Positions 23,102 to 35,887 of a stretch of DNA of 64,000 nt are shown piece after piece. Position numbers and translations under genes: made by a program. The notes under the pieces are model-generated. The model searched no databases. It was not told the DNA's origin and saw only the letters and a list, made by a program, of their open reading frames with translations. How positions within the stretch are numbered: position 1 is the stretch's first letter; every line of letters starts with the position of its first letter. The DNA is from Diadema antillarum. Taxonomy: Eukaryota. Location: assembly GCF_040938485.1 (NCBI RefSeq), contig NW_027272060.1, forward strand, positions 310,001 through 374,000. Reading direction: 5' to 3'.

Positions 23102-24788
23102 AAGCGGGGTTCCCACTATCACGATCGGCGCCACGATTGAAATCGTTGTCTTAATCGTGAAGCAATCGTGGTGATCTTATCAGATTGTATCAGAACTTGA
23201 GGTCAATCGTGGCAATCGCGTTAATCGTAGAACATTTTTGGACGGTTCAAAAATTTTCTACGATTAACACGATTAATTTTTGATCGTGATCATCGCATCA
23301 GATTGTCTTCGATCGTATCAAAACGCAGCAAATCTTATCTAATCGTGCTTCTTAATCGTGTTGATCGGGATCGACTTTTTCACTTTCCTTCTGCTTATTT
23401 TGCACATTTGCCTTTATTTTACTCGCAAATCGTATGTACCTTGTATTCTGCAAGGCTGAATAAGGGAGGGGTGGCACAATGCACAAGACCACTGAAACAT
23501 CCACCAGAAGCAAAATGTTCCACATACCCCACAAAGTAACTTTTGTGACTTTTGAAAAGTGACCATTGTCGAGGTTTATGTAAGGTCACTCGTGCATGAT
23601 TATAAAGATCACTGTCATTATTTTTCACATAAAAGTTAGTAAATAGGTGCAGCAATACCCCTGCGAAATAATTTTGCTTAGGATTTTTTTTTTTTTTTTT
23701 GGTTAAAAAGTGACATTATTTTAGGGGAGTTACCTTTCTGTTGTATGTGTATGTCGGTCTTGTTAAACACTGTTAAATGAAACAATGAATCGAGCCAAAC
23801 CAACCAAACTTTCAATACCCCATGAGATAACGACATTTTGAAATAAAAATACATATGATACATACTATGCGAACATGAAATCAAACACACAAGCAATGCT
23901 AACAGTTCGGCCAACTTTCTTAAATTGAGTGTATATAACACACATTATGTTAGCATTCAAAAAGATCCCATCCTTTTATTTAGCTTCAATTTCATCATAT
24001 TTTCCTCACGTATTTCAAAGAAAGGTGAAAACATTTGTCTTGATCTTTTTTTCTGGAAAAAATGGGGCAATGGTCTGATTTTGTGTATTCGTATTTATTG
24101 GGGGGATGAGCACGTCGATTCAATAATCTATTAATTTCTTAAGGTTAAATTAAAGGAGGGACTATCTTAGGTCGCCTCGGTGATGATTTCTGTCTGATGA
24201 TAACGTAATCGTCATTCGCAATACTGCAAAGTTCACGATCTCGTCATCCTCAACCTGTCAACCCTTGCCATCATCAATGGTTGTGGATAGTAGCTCTGCA
24301 GAAATTGGAGGAAACAATGAAATCCACCGTCAGTCGGACTATATTATATTCCCATTCGGGTCCAATCGCACCTTTAATGGGTGTCACTTTTGATCCCGAT
24401 CGTGAAAGATATCGTATCTTATCTCAACAGCCCGCACTGGTTCGCAGTATTCGTATTGGAGCTTGACGTATCGGAACGTAGCTGCACGCACCAAATCGGG
24501 GATCCCGCTCGTAGTTAGTAGATCGGAACCAATCATAATGGATAGACTCAATCGGGACAATCCTATCGAATCGTCGCGAACGGGAGACCAGACAGATCGT
24601 ATTGCTTTAAATAGACCAATTGTGACCATAATCGTATCCAGGATCCAAGCGAACCAACACGTATTGACTCGCATAACCTCGTATCCAAACGTGAAATTTC
24701 AGATGACTTCAACGAAGCTTCCATGATCAGTTACGAATGTCCAATCGTGGCGTTCGTAAAAGATCATACGATAGTGGGAACCCCGCTT
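23102..24788. mobile_element. 1.7-kb TIR element with GATC/CGAT-rich arms and an unrelated AT-rich middle (possible nested insertions)
   Basis: AAGCGGGGTTCCCACTATC at 23102 and GATAGTGGGAACCCCGCTT ending at 24788 (19-bp perfect IR). No transposase ORF. Confidence 0.75.
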
Positions 24789-27329
24789 CACACACCTTCG
24801 CCGAACGGGCGGCGACTTCGTTGCCGTGCATTTTATAGAATGGAGTACAGTATGTTGGTATAAGGGTCCGGAAACCAGCCTTACACACAGACCTTTAGAA
24901 TTTAGAAATCATAAAGTTGTCACTTTTCTGTAGTAATATAAACAATCAGCATATCAAACCATATTTCAAGGTAACACACGGTACAGCCATGTCGCTTTGC
25001 ACGGCGTCTGGTCGGGCAAATTTCAAGGATATAAGGAGAATCTGCACATAGCGCTATAATTATGTCTTTTTCGAAACACTTGCAATCTATCCACAAGCAG
25101 GATGTAACTATAATACACGTGTATAATTAAGATGATAAAATAGCATGATCAGCACACAATGCAGAACACAACTGTATGCTTTATGAAATCTATGATCGCA
25201 CCACTGTCCTTGTGATTGACCGCTCTTGGCAAGAATGTTGTCAGGTGATCGCACTCTCGATTGCAGTTCAAGTTTAGGAAAAGTATACTAGTAATCTGGA
25301 AGTCTCTTGTTGTTTGATGTGTATTTTACTGTCTTGCTAATTTCACGAACGTTTAGAATACATAAGTCTGTAGTTCATGCAACATACATGCAATGGTCAC
25401 CCCAGTGGGGAGGGTTTGTTTTGTTGATGATTGCATATTATTTGCATATTAATACATTGCAAGACGAACGTTTTGCTATAAAGTGATGTAAACTTTGAAA
25501 TCAAATAAAGAGTATTAAATAAAGTATAACGTGTTACAAAATATCGGACGATACGTGTCTTTGGTTTATTGTCTAGTATGTTGTCTTGAATACACATAAA
25601 ACACAGACGACTCACTTAATAGCTTGTCAGATGAACAAACGTCTGCACGTGTATTCAGTTCATAATATGGATCATGTGTATCTTTTAGCTCTAAACAGTG
25701 TAAAAGCCGAGCCCAGCGCTTATCTTAAGGGGCACCTACCATTCAGCATCACTGTTATAGCTGTTTTAAAGTATAGGCCCTTCAATGTATTTGTGCACAG
25801 TTATACGTATACGTATAACGTATATATGTATTTTATTTTGCTTTACCGCTCAGTATACGCGATTATTCAATTTCAGGTTTTCTTTTTTTCCATTTTTCGA
25901 CAAAAACATTATGTAAGCGCGTCACTTTTTGGTAACAGAAAATAAGGTGCGTAAAATAATGTAAGATGAAAAGATAATAATTAGGGTTGATAAGAATTTT
26001 GTATTTGCTATGCAATAATCCCCCTTATATCAAGTTAAATTGTCAGAATGCGAATATTAAAAAAATGAAGTGCACAGCTTCAATTTAAAAAGAATGAAGC
26101 AATCGCTGTGCAAAGACAAAAATGTAACATATATTGTTTTATCAAGTAAGGAAAGAGGAAAGAAAATTTAAAAAAGACGCACTGGCTAATCAAGGAGATC
26201 TATAGCACTGTTATATTGTAAGAAACAATAGGGAGCCACGTTATTTCGTTTTGCAAGGGAACAAAAATGCCATGTTTTCCCGGATTTTTTCCTTTATCCA
26301 CACTCATCACGTTACTATGATTCTTGCAATATTTACAGAACTCATTACCGTCTGTCGAAATGGAAAACATGCAGGACACTGATGATTATTTGTTGACACA
26401 AGCCATACGCTGTCCGAACCTTGGTCACATCGCAATTGGATTAAGGCTTTATCAATGTTCAACTCAAATGAGAGTAATGATCAGATAATAATATGTTATG
26501 TAGGCCAATTTTTCGCCACTATTGACGGAGCTTCCCCTCAAAATTTAATTCTGACAACAAATCAAGAGTGGAACGTCAACGAAGCAGAACAGTGAGAGTT
26601 TCATTCAAACGAGACTAATAGGTTGTGCATGAAGTTTGAGTTACAGAAGAAAGAAACCCAGATTCAGATTCAGTCATTCAGAGGGCAATTGAAGTGAGGG
26701 AATGCAACAACGTGAGTAGAAGTAAAGAAATAGAAGTCAAGTATAGTTAGTATAGAATGTCAGAGGGAGAATGTCAGAGGTATAATATAAAAGTGTCAGA
26801 GATAAAAATGTCACAGGTTTCGAATATACTTGTGTCCGTTATGAATGACTTTCACGGGACCATTATTGGATGCAATGACTTCTACGTCACTTCCTTTTCC
26901 TTTATACATATAAGAACTGGAAATTACTCTTTCTGGGTATACTGATATAATGGCAGTAATATTGTGGTCACCGATCGCCGTTTTGCACCGACTATGTAAG
27001 GGTGCTGCCGGCGTCACAGCGTCCTAAAGTTGACACAAAATGGCTTTATACGAATGCGGAATTTTCAATTTCGTGCGAAGTTGGCCCGCTAAATCATGGC
27101 CAAAAGCCAATCAACAGCCGATGCAAGTATTATACAGATTTTACAGATAAAGGTCACATGATGGCACCCGAACCAAGCACGAAGGCTGCACGAAGGCGTG
27201 AATCTTGATTGAGAAGTTTACACGAAGGAAACAAGGCCTACTAGTATAATAAGATGCACCGCCCATGAATTGCTGCTAGAGAATGACCCGATGTTCATTA
27301 TACGATTTTTTCCCCCAGTAAATATGTAC

Positions 27330-27493
27330 CTTCATTGTACTTTTTCATATTGTTTTTCTTTTTTTTGTGTCGATATGTAATCTCAAATGTATAATTTACA
27401 TGGTTATCTCCAATACCCTGATTGGGTGACATGAGATAAATAAAATTGTAATTTCATTGTCATTGTCATTGTCATTGTCATTGTCATTGTCAT
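27330..27493 (+). mobile_element. Probable LINE 3' tail with (CATTGT)n
   Basis: AATAAA at ~27437 followed by about 6 copies of CATTGT at 27455-27493. Confidence 0.4.
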
Positions 27494-28269
27494 TCGATCA
27501 GAGCCGAATTTGAACATTTCCTTTTTTGTGCATGTGTCCATTTTTGCTCAATTTCGGGACAGTGTGACGCCTGCTTAAGACTATGTATACCTGAACCTCT
27601 AATTATTATTATTTTTTTACCTCAGGACATTTTACCTGACACCTAACGAATATCTCCATTTTCACAAGGGGGGGGGGGGGGGGTGGCTGCAACCCCCAGC
27701 ATAATAGCAGCCCTCATCCTTCTCTTATGCATGCATGGCACCTCTTGGAGATGCCCTTTATCTCCCAGAGTGATTCACAAAATTTACAAGCTATATAAAT
27801 ATGCTTCTCTTGTGAACTTCTCTTTTCCATAATTCATACAGTTAAAAAGTCAAATTGAGTTTGCCTTCTTGTTTATTTATCGTAATGCAAAAATTGATAT
27901 TACTATAATTGTATATAATGTTTTGTTGAAGCTTGTGCATGTTATTCAAAATTCCTTAAAATGTTCTGTACTCATTTGTGTTATATATTACTCTGTATTA
28001 CTTTATATGGAACTTAAAATTATTTGAATTAGAATTTTATTTTTTTTTAACATTGCAAAATGATCGTATTCCCAGGATCGTATACATTAGTCCAAAATAC
28101 TGTTTCAACTTTTCATTCCAGAAATAATGGTTAATATACGAATGACAATAACATAGTGATAAAAGATAATGATTACATAAGAAATTAGATTACGAATAAG
28201 ACATGAATGAATAAAAAACAATAACATTTTGACCATTTTCACATGTGACATTTTTACCCTTGAGATTTT

Positions 28270-28677
28270 GGGTGCACGTCACGAAACCGACGCCCATGGT
28301 GCACGAGTCATACAGTCCACGAGTCATAATATAGCTCACAAGTCATATAGCCCATGAGTTATCAACAGCTCGCGAGTCATACAGCCCATCATGAGTTCGA
28401 CATGACTGTCTTGTATAAGCAAACAAGACCCACGAGACCGACACATTAAACCAGGGAGGTGGGAAAACCCCGTGTTGTATAGTAGGCCCTATCTGTCGAA
28501 CTCGTGGGCTGTTTTTACCTATAGTGTCGAACTCATGGGCTTTATGTGCCTATATTATAGTGTCGAACTCGTGGACTGTATTCATGACTCGTGAGCTGTA
28601 TGACTCATGGACCTGTTTTCATCGTCGAACTCGTGGGTTGTATGACTCGTGGGTGTCAATCTCGTGGGATGACCCCC
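28270..28677. mobile_element. MITE with multiple sub-terminal repeats
   Basis: The left arm repeats CACGAGTCATACAG-like units, the right arm repeats their complement (CTGTATGACTCGTG, CGAACTCGTGG), and the termini are imperfect GGG/CCC. Confidence 0.7.
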
Positions 28678-30419
28678 AAATTTTTACCTCTGGCCAGTTT
28701 TTATACGTTTATTATTTTTATCTGGCACCAAGTAGAACACATCAGCGAATTTTGAGGAAAAATCGGAAAGTCCATATTTCAAAAGTTATGACTGATTTTT
28801 AAAGTTTTGATGCAGCCACACTTTGTGACGTCTTGTTTGGACAACGCTATAAAAGAAAGTATAAAAAATAAACATGCTTTCACTTCCTATAGCAAAATGA
28901 AAGAGGACATGAGCTACGATACCTCTTTTAGAAACATTAAAGGTAAAATAATATAGTCAGACAGTAATAGGCCTTATAACTCTATTAACCATTTCTATCT
29001 TAACTACATCCTCCCTTAGTTTCCTTTCTCCTCTTGGTTCATTTACGAGATAGGCATAAAACATTTGCAGGGTTTTTTCTATTATATCCTATGTATACCT
29101 ATCACGATGCAGGGGGTCTGCGGGCCATGGGGGGAGGGGCTGTGCCAAGGGTCACTGTATACCCCGCCCTCCCCCCGCCTCCATTGATCGGAAGAATCTC
29201 CGGGCGGAACTGTTTGAGAGTCACGAGTTTTGTGATTTTAAATGTATAGGGCTTATATATAATATATATATACATACATATTTTCCTTTGTTGCAAAACA
29301 CGAAGACAGCTGTAGGAATATCACATGCAAAGATGTTTGCTATTATACGTGTTTTGTCATCATCGTTAGTATAATACCCCTTTTGTTATCATTATTAAGC
29401 TTCACGGATACTTCATATTCATGTAGGTGCCCGCATTAGCCTTTATAGAATATAGCTGTTATCGTAAAGATAAAGGATATATAAAGTGCTCATCTTTTGC
29501 GGCTTCATTGTTTGTTTGTTTGTTTGTTTGTTTGTTTGTTTGTTTTTTGAAACTACACAAGGCAAAACGCCGGGTCAGAGGTACTGGTGCCGACATGACT
29601 TTAAAAATCCATAACAACAACAAATGTTCCATGTAAAGTAAACTGCTACGATACAGTTTCATATATCGTTTAATCTCTGTTATTCTTCACCTCTTTTTCT
29701 GATATTACCTTCTACTTGGCACCGTCCAAACGTGACCTATTTATCCATGAAGTATATGACAAATAATTAAGGTCAAGAAAACCTTGCTCTGTTTATTCAC
29801 GTGCAATCATGAATATTTTCCCTCCTGAATAAACGAAGTACATGACAATTGTAATTACAACCTTGATACGCATTCACCTGTTTCAGGGCATTCCAATCAC
29901 CCTGTGCCATATAGTTTTAGGAGTTTTCATCGAACAAGTACTCTTTATTCGGGGGAAAAAAACATTTTTTTTTTGTGCTTTGGCACACGATCGATGATTT
30001 TTGATAGTCTAGTGGAAAATCTGTGTTTAAGGTTAGTTATGTGAGATAATGTAGGGTATCAAAATATGTGAAACGTTTTTTTTTCCGATTAAAATAGACA
30101 ATCTTGGTTCTTATTTTTCGATTAACCATACATCATAAAAGAAACAACTCCGCCATTCATATTACATGAGTGTTGTGTTACGGTTAGCTATTATAATTAC
30201 ATTGTGTTGCGCGAAATACAAATATAAAGTCATCAATGAACAGAAAAAAAAAAAGATGCCAATAAATGAAGCCCTTTCCGGTTCGCTAAGTTTTCTACCT
30301 TTCTTTCTCTCGCCGTCTACTATATATAGTATGATTGTAAAATACGAGTATTTACAAATGCTGCTGGCTTCGTATTCACGCTTTGAATAAAGGTGGAGGG
30401 AATGAAAAGAGCTAACGGG

Positions 30420-30771
30420 GGTGGATTGGATTGCCAGTGTCGTCAGCGTGTAGACGGAAGTTAAGTACGTTGGTGGTGTGCAATGCAGTGACGAGTCAGG
30501 CGTCAACTGGTGGTAGTTCCGTTTCGTTCAGCATGCATGCATGCTATCGATATGCGATGCGCGTGTGTAATAAACTTGTGAATTGAAAACTACGCTTTAT
30601 ACGCAACACGTAGCTGTGCTTGTGTTAACCCGATCCTATGAGGATAGGAAAAGCAGTCAACGCAATTTTTGAGTTTTCCGCCTTGGACGATCTTGACTCG
30701 CCAGAATAACACGATTTCTGTGGTCGGAATTTGGAATGCAAACAGATGGAAACATGACAGCATAGGTAAGT
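30420..30771 (+). promoter_or_regulatory. Candidate promoter and non-coding first exon ending at donor 30765/30766
   Basis: CpG-rich unique sequence with ATTGG (30425), ETS-type CGGAAGT (30455), TGACGAGTCA (~30489) and a full-consensus AG|GTAAGT donor. No downstream exon is identified. Confidence 0.35.
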
Positions 30772-31606
30772 TTTATCTTTGGCAGAACTCAACGGTGTTT
30801 TATATTGGCTTTCCGAGCAGACGAGATAAGTAGACGGCCAGGCCAAACGTTATGCCAACCGCTTTGGCACAACTTGTATGCTGCTCTCTGCTACGCTACG
30901 GGAGCTAGAACACCTGTAGTGCTGTAGGAAGCACATGACGAAAAAACCGAAAAGCCTGCAGTGCAAACCAGTTCACTTTTTTTTTTTTTCCCGGTGAAGC
31001 AGGTTTCGGTAATAGGCTAAATAAGGCCGGCAGCGTGAAACCAGTTTCACTTCCTTGACCTGGACCTTGGCAGTATCCCGTCTAAATATTCTGTTTTGAT
31101 AGACTTATCCCATTCAATTAAAGATGTCAGTGTAATTTACAAACAACATGACAATGATTTAACACTGATCACAAACTCAAATTGTAATAGAAACACTACA
31201 TAAAAATACAAATTTCAGATGCAGTCAAGAGTGAATTCGTGTCTAGTCTTTCCTGTCTGCTTCTATGAGACTAATGTAATGTCTTGCAGATAATATCCTG
31301 CATTGCCTGTAACGTCGTTTGGATAGACACACGTTTTGGTAAAATCTAAGTCCAATGTTAGAATTTAAAGTTGACATTGTAAACGCTGTCCTCAAATGTG
31401 AATGGTTAGGCCTACTTTAGTTTGTGAAAAGCTGCCTTTGTGAAGTGGTTTAATACTACGACCAGCAGAGCACTGTTCATCGTGGCTGAGCATGTTGGCA
31501 TTTAGTACTAGTACAGTGTATATTACTAGTATTTTGTACGTTGGTTATTTTGATATGATTGAGCTTTGAAATTAATTCATTTTTTATATCAATACGTAAA
31601 GATGTA

Positions 31607-31732
31607 CTGTAGTTATGGGTAAACTCGGCCTAGCGGGTAAAGTCGGCCCCCAGCGCGCGCAGTACAACTACTTGTAACTGCGCGCGCTGGTGGCCGACTT
31701 TACCGCTAGGCCGAGTTTACCCATAACTACGG
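31607..31732. mobile_element. 126-bp near-perfect hairpin mariner-type MITE
   Basis: TA|CTGTAGTTATGGGTAAACTCGGCC ... GGCCGAGTTTACCCATAACTACGG|TA; ~60-bp arms with ~4 differences and a ~6-nt loop. Confidence 0.88.
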
Positions 31733-32148
31733 TAGGTTGATTGTTCAACTTGTGACAGGTAAAATTTGGTTCCTCCAATAATCCTTTACTGTCCGAATTG
31801 CTGAATTTTCTTGATACAATCAAGTCTATTACAATGTATACCGCTATGATATCTCTACACATCAGTTGCGTGAAATGAGCGATTTGGAACTTAGTATGCC
31901 CATGCACTAGTCGATCATCACCTGTACACTTAAGCATTGAAGACATTTCAACCCCAGGTGCACTGTTGTGAATGGGACCATGGGAACAGTTTGGATATGT
32001 GCAGGTTTAATGTCAGGTAAAGTTCTAAACTAGATATATATTCAACATTTATCCAGTTTAAATGCCAGCCTATTGCTGGTGACATAGGGCATTTGTAGAG
32101 GTGGCCTGAATTCATGTGTTTTTCTAGTTTGGTTATGTGCAGGTTTAA

Positions 32149-32696
32149 AGGGAACGTAAACCCCAAAGAGCAATGTGGATTGAGTGAAAGCAGCAACATT
32201 AGTAGCACACATCAGTGAAAGTTTGAGAAAATCGGACAATCGATGCAAAAGTTATGAATTTTTAAAGTTTTGGTGGTTGGAACCGCTGGATATGGAGACT
32301 ACTATAGGTTATGACGTATGAGTGGACAACAATATAAAGAAATATGAAAAAAAATTCCACAAAAATTAATTTTTCATGAAAATTACAAATTCCATCAACT
32401 TGATACTGACATATGTTAAGGGTAGCAATTATTCCCCCTGCTTTCTGAAAGCGGTTAGTCAAGTGCTCTTTCATAATGCTAGAAAAGTGAATTTTTGTTG
32501 AATTTTTAAATATTTTCTTGTATTGTTGTCCACTCATACGTCATAACCTCTAGTACCGGTAGTCTCCTCATCCAGCGGTTCCAACACCAAAACTTTAAAA
32601 ATTCATAACTTTTGCATCGATTGTTTGATTTTCCTAAAACTTTCACTGATGTGTTCTACTAATGTTGCTGCTTTCACTCAATCCACATTGCTCTTT
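32149..32696. mobile_element. Palindromic TTAA-site MITE (Kolobok-like), right end truncated
   Basis: TTAA|AGGGAACGTAAACCCC AAAGAGCAATGTGG... with long inverted arms ending CCACATTGCTCTTT. Fragments of the same family occur at ~28.72-28.82, 45.44-45.53 and 51.11-51.3 kb. Confidence 0.85.
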
Positions 32697-32809
32697 AGTT
32701 CTAAACATCTATACAGTCTAAATGCCAGCCTATTGCTGGTGACATAGGGCATTTTTAGAGGTGCCTGAATTCATGTGTTTTTCTCAGGGTATGCAGATAG
32801 TGTGATATT

Positions 32810-33592
32810 AGGGAGTTTTCGATTGGGTGAACGAGAGGGTTGTGACTCCGAGCGCAAGTGTAAGTCAAGGCGGCACGTCTGTACGTTGACCCGCTGCTAA
32901 AACACATTTCGATTTTGGGCGTCACGTCGCGTGGCGTGTGCAGGAGGCAACCTGTGCCTTGGGTGCATTTATATGCGGAATTTGTGACTTGTTTCTGTAC
33001 TTGTAATATCTATTTTGTCTTTGACTAGATGCCGAATAAGTATCCTGGGATGGATTTTGTGGATTTTAAAACATGATGCACGGTAAGGCTACTGTAAAGG
33101 TAAACGCACTGCACTAGGCTAAGCACCGAGATGTGATTGCGTACAGCATTACTTATAAATGCAAGTGTGGGACTACGGTATGCAGTTGCAAAGTGCGAAA
33201 CAGTGAAAGCGGGCAAATAAATTAGGTAACAGAGGCTGCAGTTTGTATGTCAGCGCAGCTGCTGTGACGTATCAAGATCATAAGCTTTCATGTAATTAGA
33301 ATATCTATCAATATTCTCTCGAAAGAAAAAGGAAAACAGGTGAACTGAGCACAGATTTCCCGAGAGTCATTGTGCTCTTTCGCATGATTTTCGTCTATTG
33401 CGAGAGGAGTGTGACGCATAGATAAGGTGGGTTGAGCGCGGCGCAACCGATTTGGGTGGACGGTGATAACCGGGGTGAACGCGTTTGAAAATTGTGCGAT
33501 GAGCCGGGGGTCGACACTGACGCATGCGCAGTATGTAAAAACTATGTCATAACAGGGTGACGCCTGGCTCAATGTGCAAATCGAAAAGTCCT
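32810..33592. mobile_element. Harbinger/PIF-like MITE with CpG-rich body
   Basis: AGGGAGTTTTCGATT at the left and AATCGAAAAGTCCT at the right (imperfect IR), in TTA-type flanks. Confidence 0.55.
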
Positions 33593-35680
33593 TATTCATT
33601 CAGGGTGCTCCCATGGTAGAGATAGTGGAGTGCCTCATTGTTAGCATGGTGGACAATGGTGCAGAGGATAGTTAGACAGAAAATCTGTTTGTTCGGAGGA
33701 GGTTTTTTTTCAATCATTTTTTTACTTTTACGGCTCTCCTCCATATAATGTGAAGCCAGATGCAGTCTCTGTGGAACATATCCCGATGACAAGATACAGA
33801 CCGATCTTTGGGTCAAAACTAAAGTTAACCCATGTAAGATGGAAATGAAGTCGTTCAATCCCCTCAACTCGTCAGAAATAAAAACAGTTGAAAACACTGC
33901 ATCCTCAAGAATCAAAGGGGAACCAGAGGGTCAAACCCAAATTGGAAATTAGCTTATATTGAACACAAAAATACATGCATTAGGTCACTACAAATTTGAA
34001 CAGAATCAAGACAGTTTTTTAAAGAAAGGTGTGTAACTGCTACACAAGTGTATGTGTATGTAAGTAAAATGTGTAGCATTTGCATAGATGACAAGTCAGA
34101 TTTGTTTCAATGGCTACATGTAGATACAATGCTTTTTGCGTCTTGTGCTGAGAATTTTAACTTTGTGATTACATTTGATTTTTCTAATGGAAGTAAACTT
34201 TCTAACTCTTGTCAGTGCAGTTGTCTGATCATCTTAGGTCTTAACATAACTTTTCTTCAAGGTATTCTATCAGAGTTGTGAAAAAAAATTGCAGAGAAAA
34301 CTGGAATTATGGGCTGTGCATGCAAGTGATCCATGTTGTACGCTGGTAATCATGTAGAAATGGATAGGCCTACTCACCACTTCAGTGGGCAATTTTTGAT
34401 GAAATCCAGCATGGCTTTTGGAAATAGCAACATTATACATATTTGACTGTGACATACACACATACGCGAAAATAACTGATAGTCAAAAACAGAAGAAAGA
34501 AGGACTCTTCCCTGAAAATACAATTTGTAAGTCACTCATGTATGGTATAGATTTGCTTATAATTGATTATTTCACAAAAGTACACGTACTTCACCCTCAA
34601 TTTTAACATTTACTCGCTAAATCAGCCTGTTATGTACTTAAATGCCATGATCATTTGTTATGGCAGTTTACAGTAAATTAAGTTTTGTATCTAATGTGTT
34701 TCCCAACCTCATGTCAGTCCACTGACCCTTATTATGATGAATTAACAACTAATTTGTCAGTTTAAATCCATTCGATCTCTTCTCCCAGGCCATATTCTAT
34801 TCTTATCATATCTTTCTCAATCTTTTCTCCTCTTTCTTTCAAGCTTGAAAGTTTTTCTTTCATGGGCAGCAATTAATAAGAGGGGGGAAAGAAGGGGGAG
34901 GGAGAAATCTATTGATTGAATAATTTGTGGTTGCTGTTGAAAGAGAGTCTAATTCAAAGTCATAAAAAACACCCTTGTAATGTAAGGTTAAGTTCCAGCA
35001 TGTAAGCAAATTTTTCCTGTGTTGAAAAGTCTGGACTGTTTGTTGTATGTCTGACACACATAAAATTGAGCAGGTATAATGTAGAGCATCAGAACTTTGA
35101 GGATAGAAGTAATTTATATACTACGTGTATGTCACAGCAAAAAAGAAAAAAAGAGGGACATTGTAATCAGTTTACTCCTGTCATTAGTGTCTTATTCCAT
35201 CAGTAAATATGTTTATATTTTAAATATGATAACTCATCAGTTACTAAACATGCTGATAAAGTTTATGAGATGAGAAGATAGAAAGAGGAGTTGCTTTGTT
35301 AATGATTTGCGAAAACAAAAAGGCAAATCTTTTAGTGTACATTATGTCCTACCACTGTGAAAAACAAATAAAAGAACCCCCCCAACTTTGTGTGATATCT
35401 ACCATTGTTCCTTTAGACAAAAATATTGGGAATACTATAGAATAACTTGATTAACCATTTCCAGCTAATGATTTAAGAATTCCAGTGTGAATGCTCCCTA
35501 TAGAATTCTGTTACAACATGAAATTTTCTGCACACATAATTGGACAGGAACAAAAAAGCAGTAACTATGTAAATGAGCTAATTTGCTGACATTGTACATG
35601 CTGTAAGGGCATCACACTTCACATGCCACAAGAATGTCATCAGGAGTTTACGCATACAATCCTGTACCTGTACAATTGTA

Positions 35681-35887
35681 CTGTAAAAGTGGATATTATT
35701 GCGCGACTAATTTTCATGCTCGGCCGGTAAGAAGAGTTTCGCATGTTTTTAATTCCGTGGAATCAAGACATCAACTACTGGAACATACGGCAAGCAAAAA
35801 TATTCATGTGCTTTTATTTTTGCGCTAGTTTCTGGTTGTGCGAAATATGCAAAAATTTCATCACTGCGAAAATGTCCACTTTTACAG
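35681..35887. mobile_element. Tc1/mariner-type MITE (CTGTA family)
   Basis: TA|CTGTAAAAGTGGATATT ... AATGTCCACTTTTACAG|TA. A related decayed copy lies at 60425-60637. Confidence 0.8.

Noticed and set aside
33200-33590. CpG-rich stretch with an NRF1-like TGACGCATGCGCAG as a promoter
   Set aside because: It falls within the Harbinger-like MITE 32810-33592, so it is better explained as element body.
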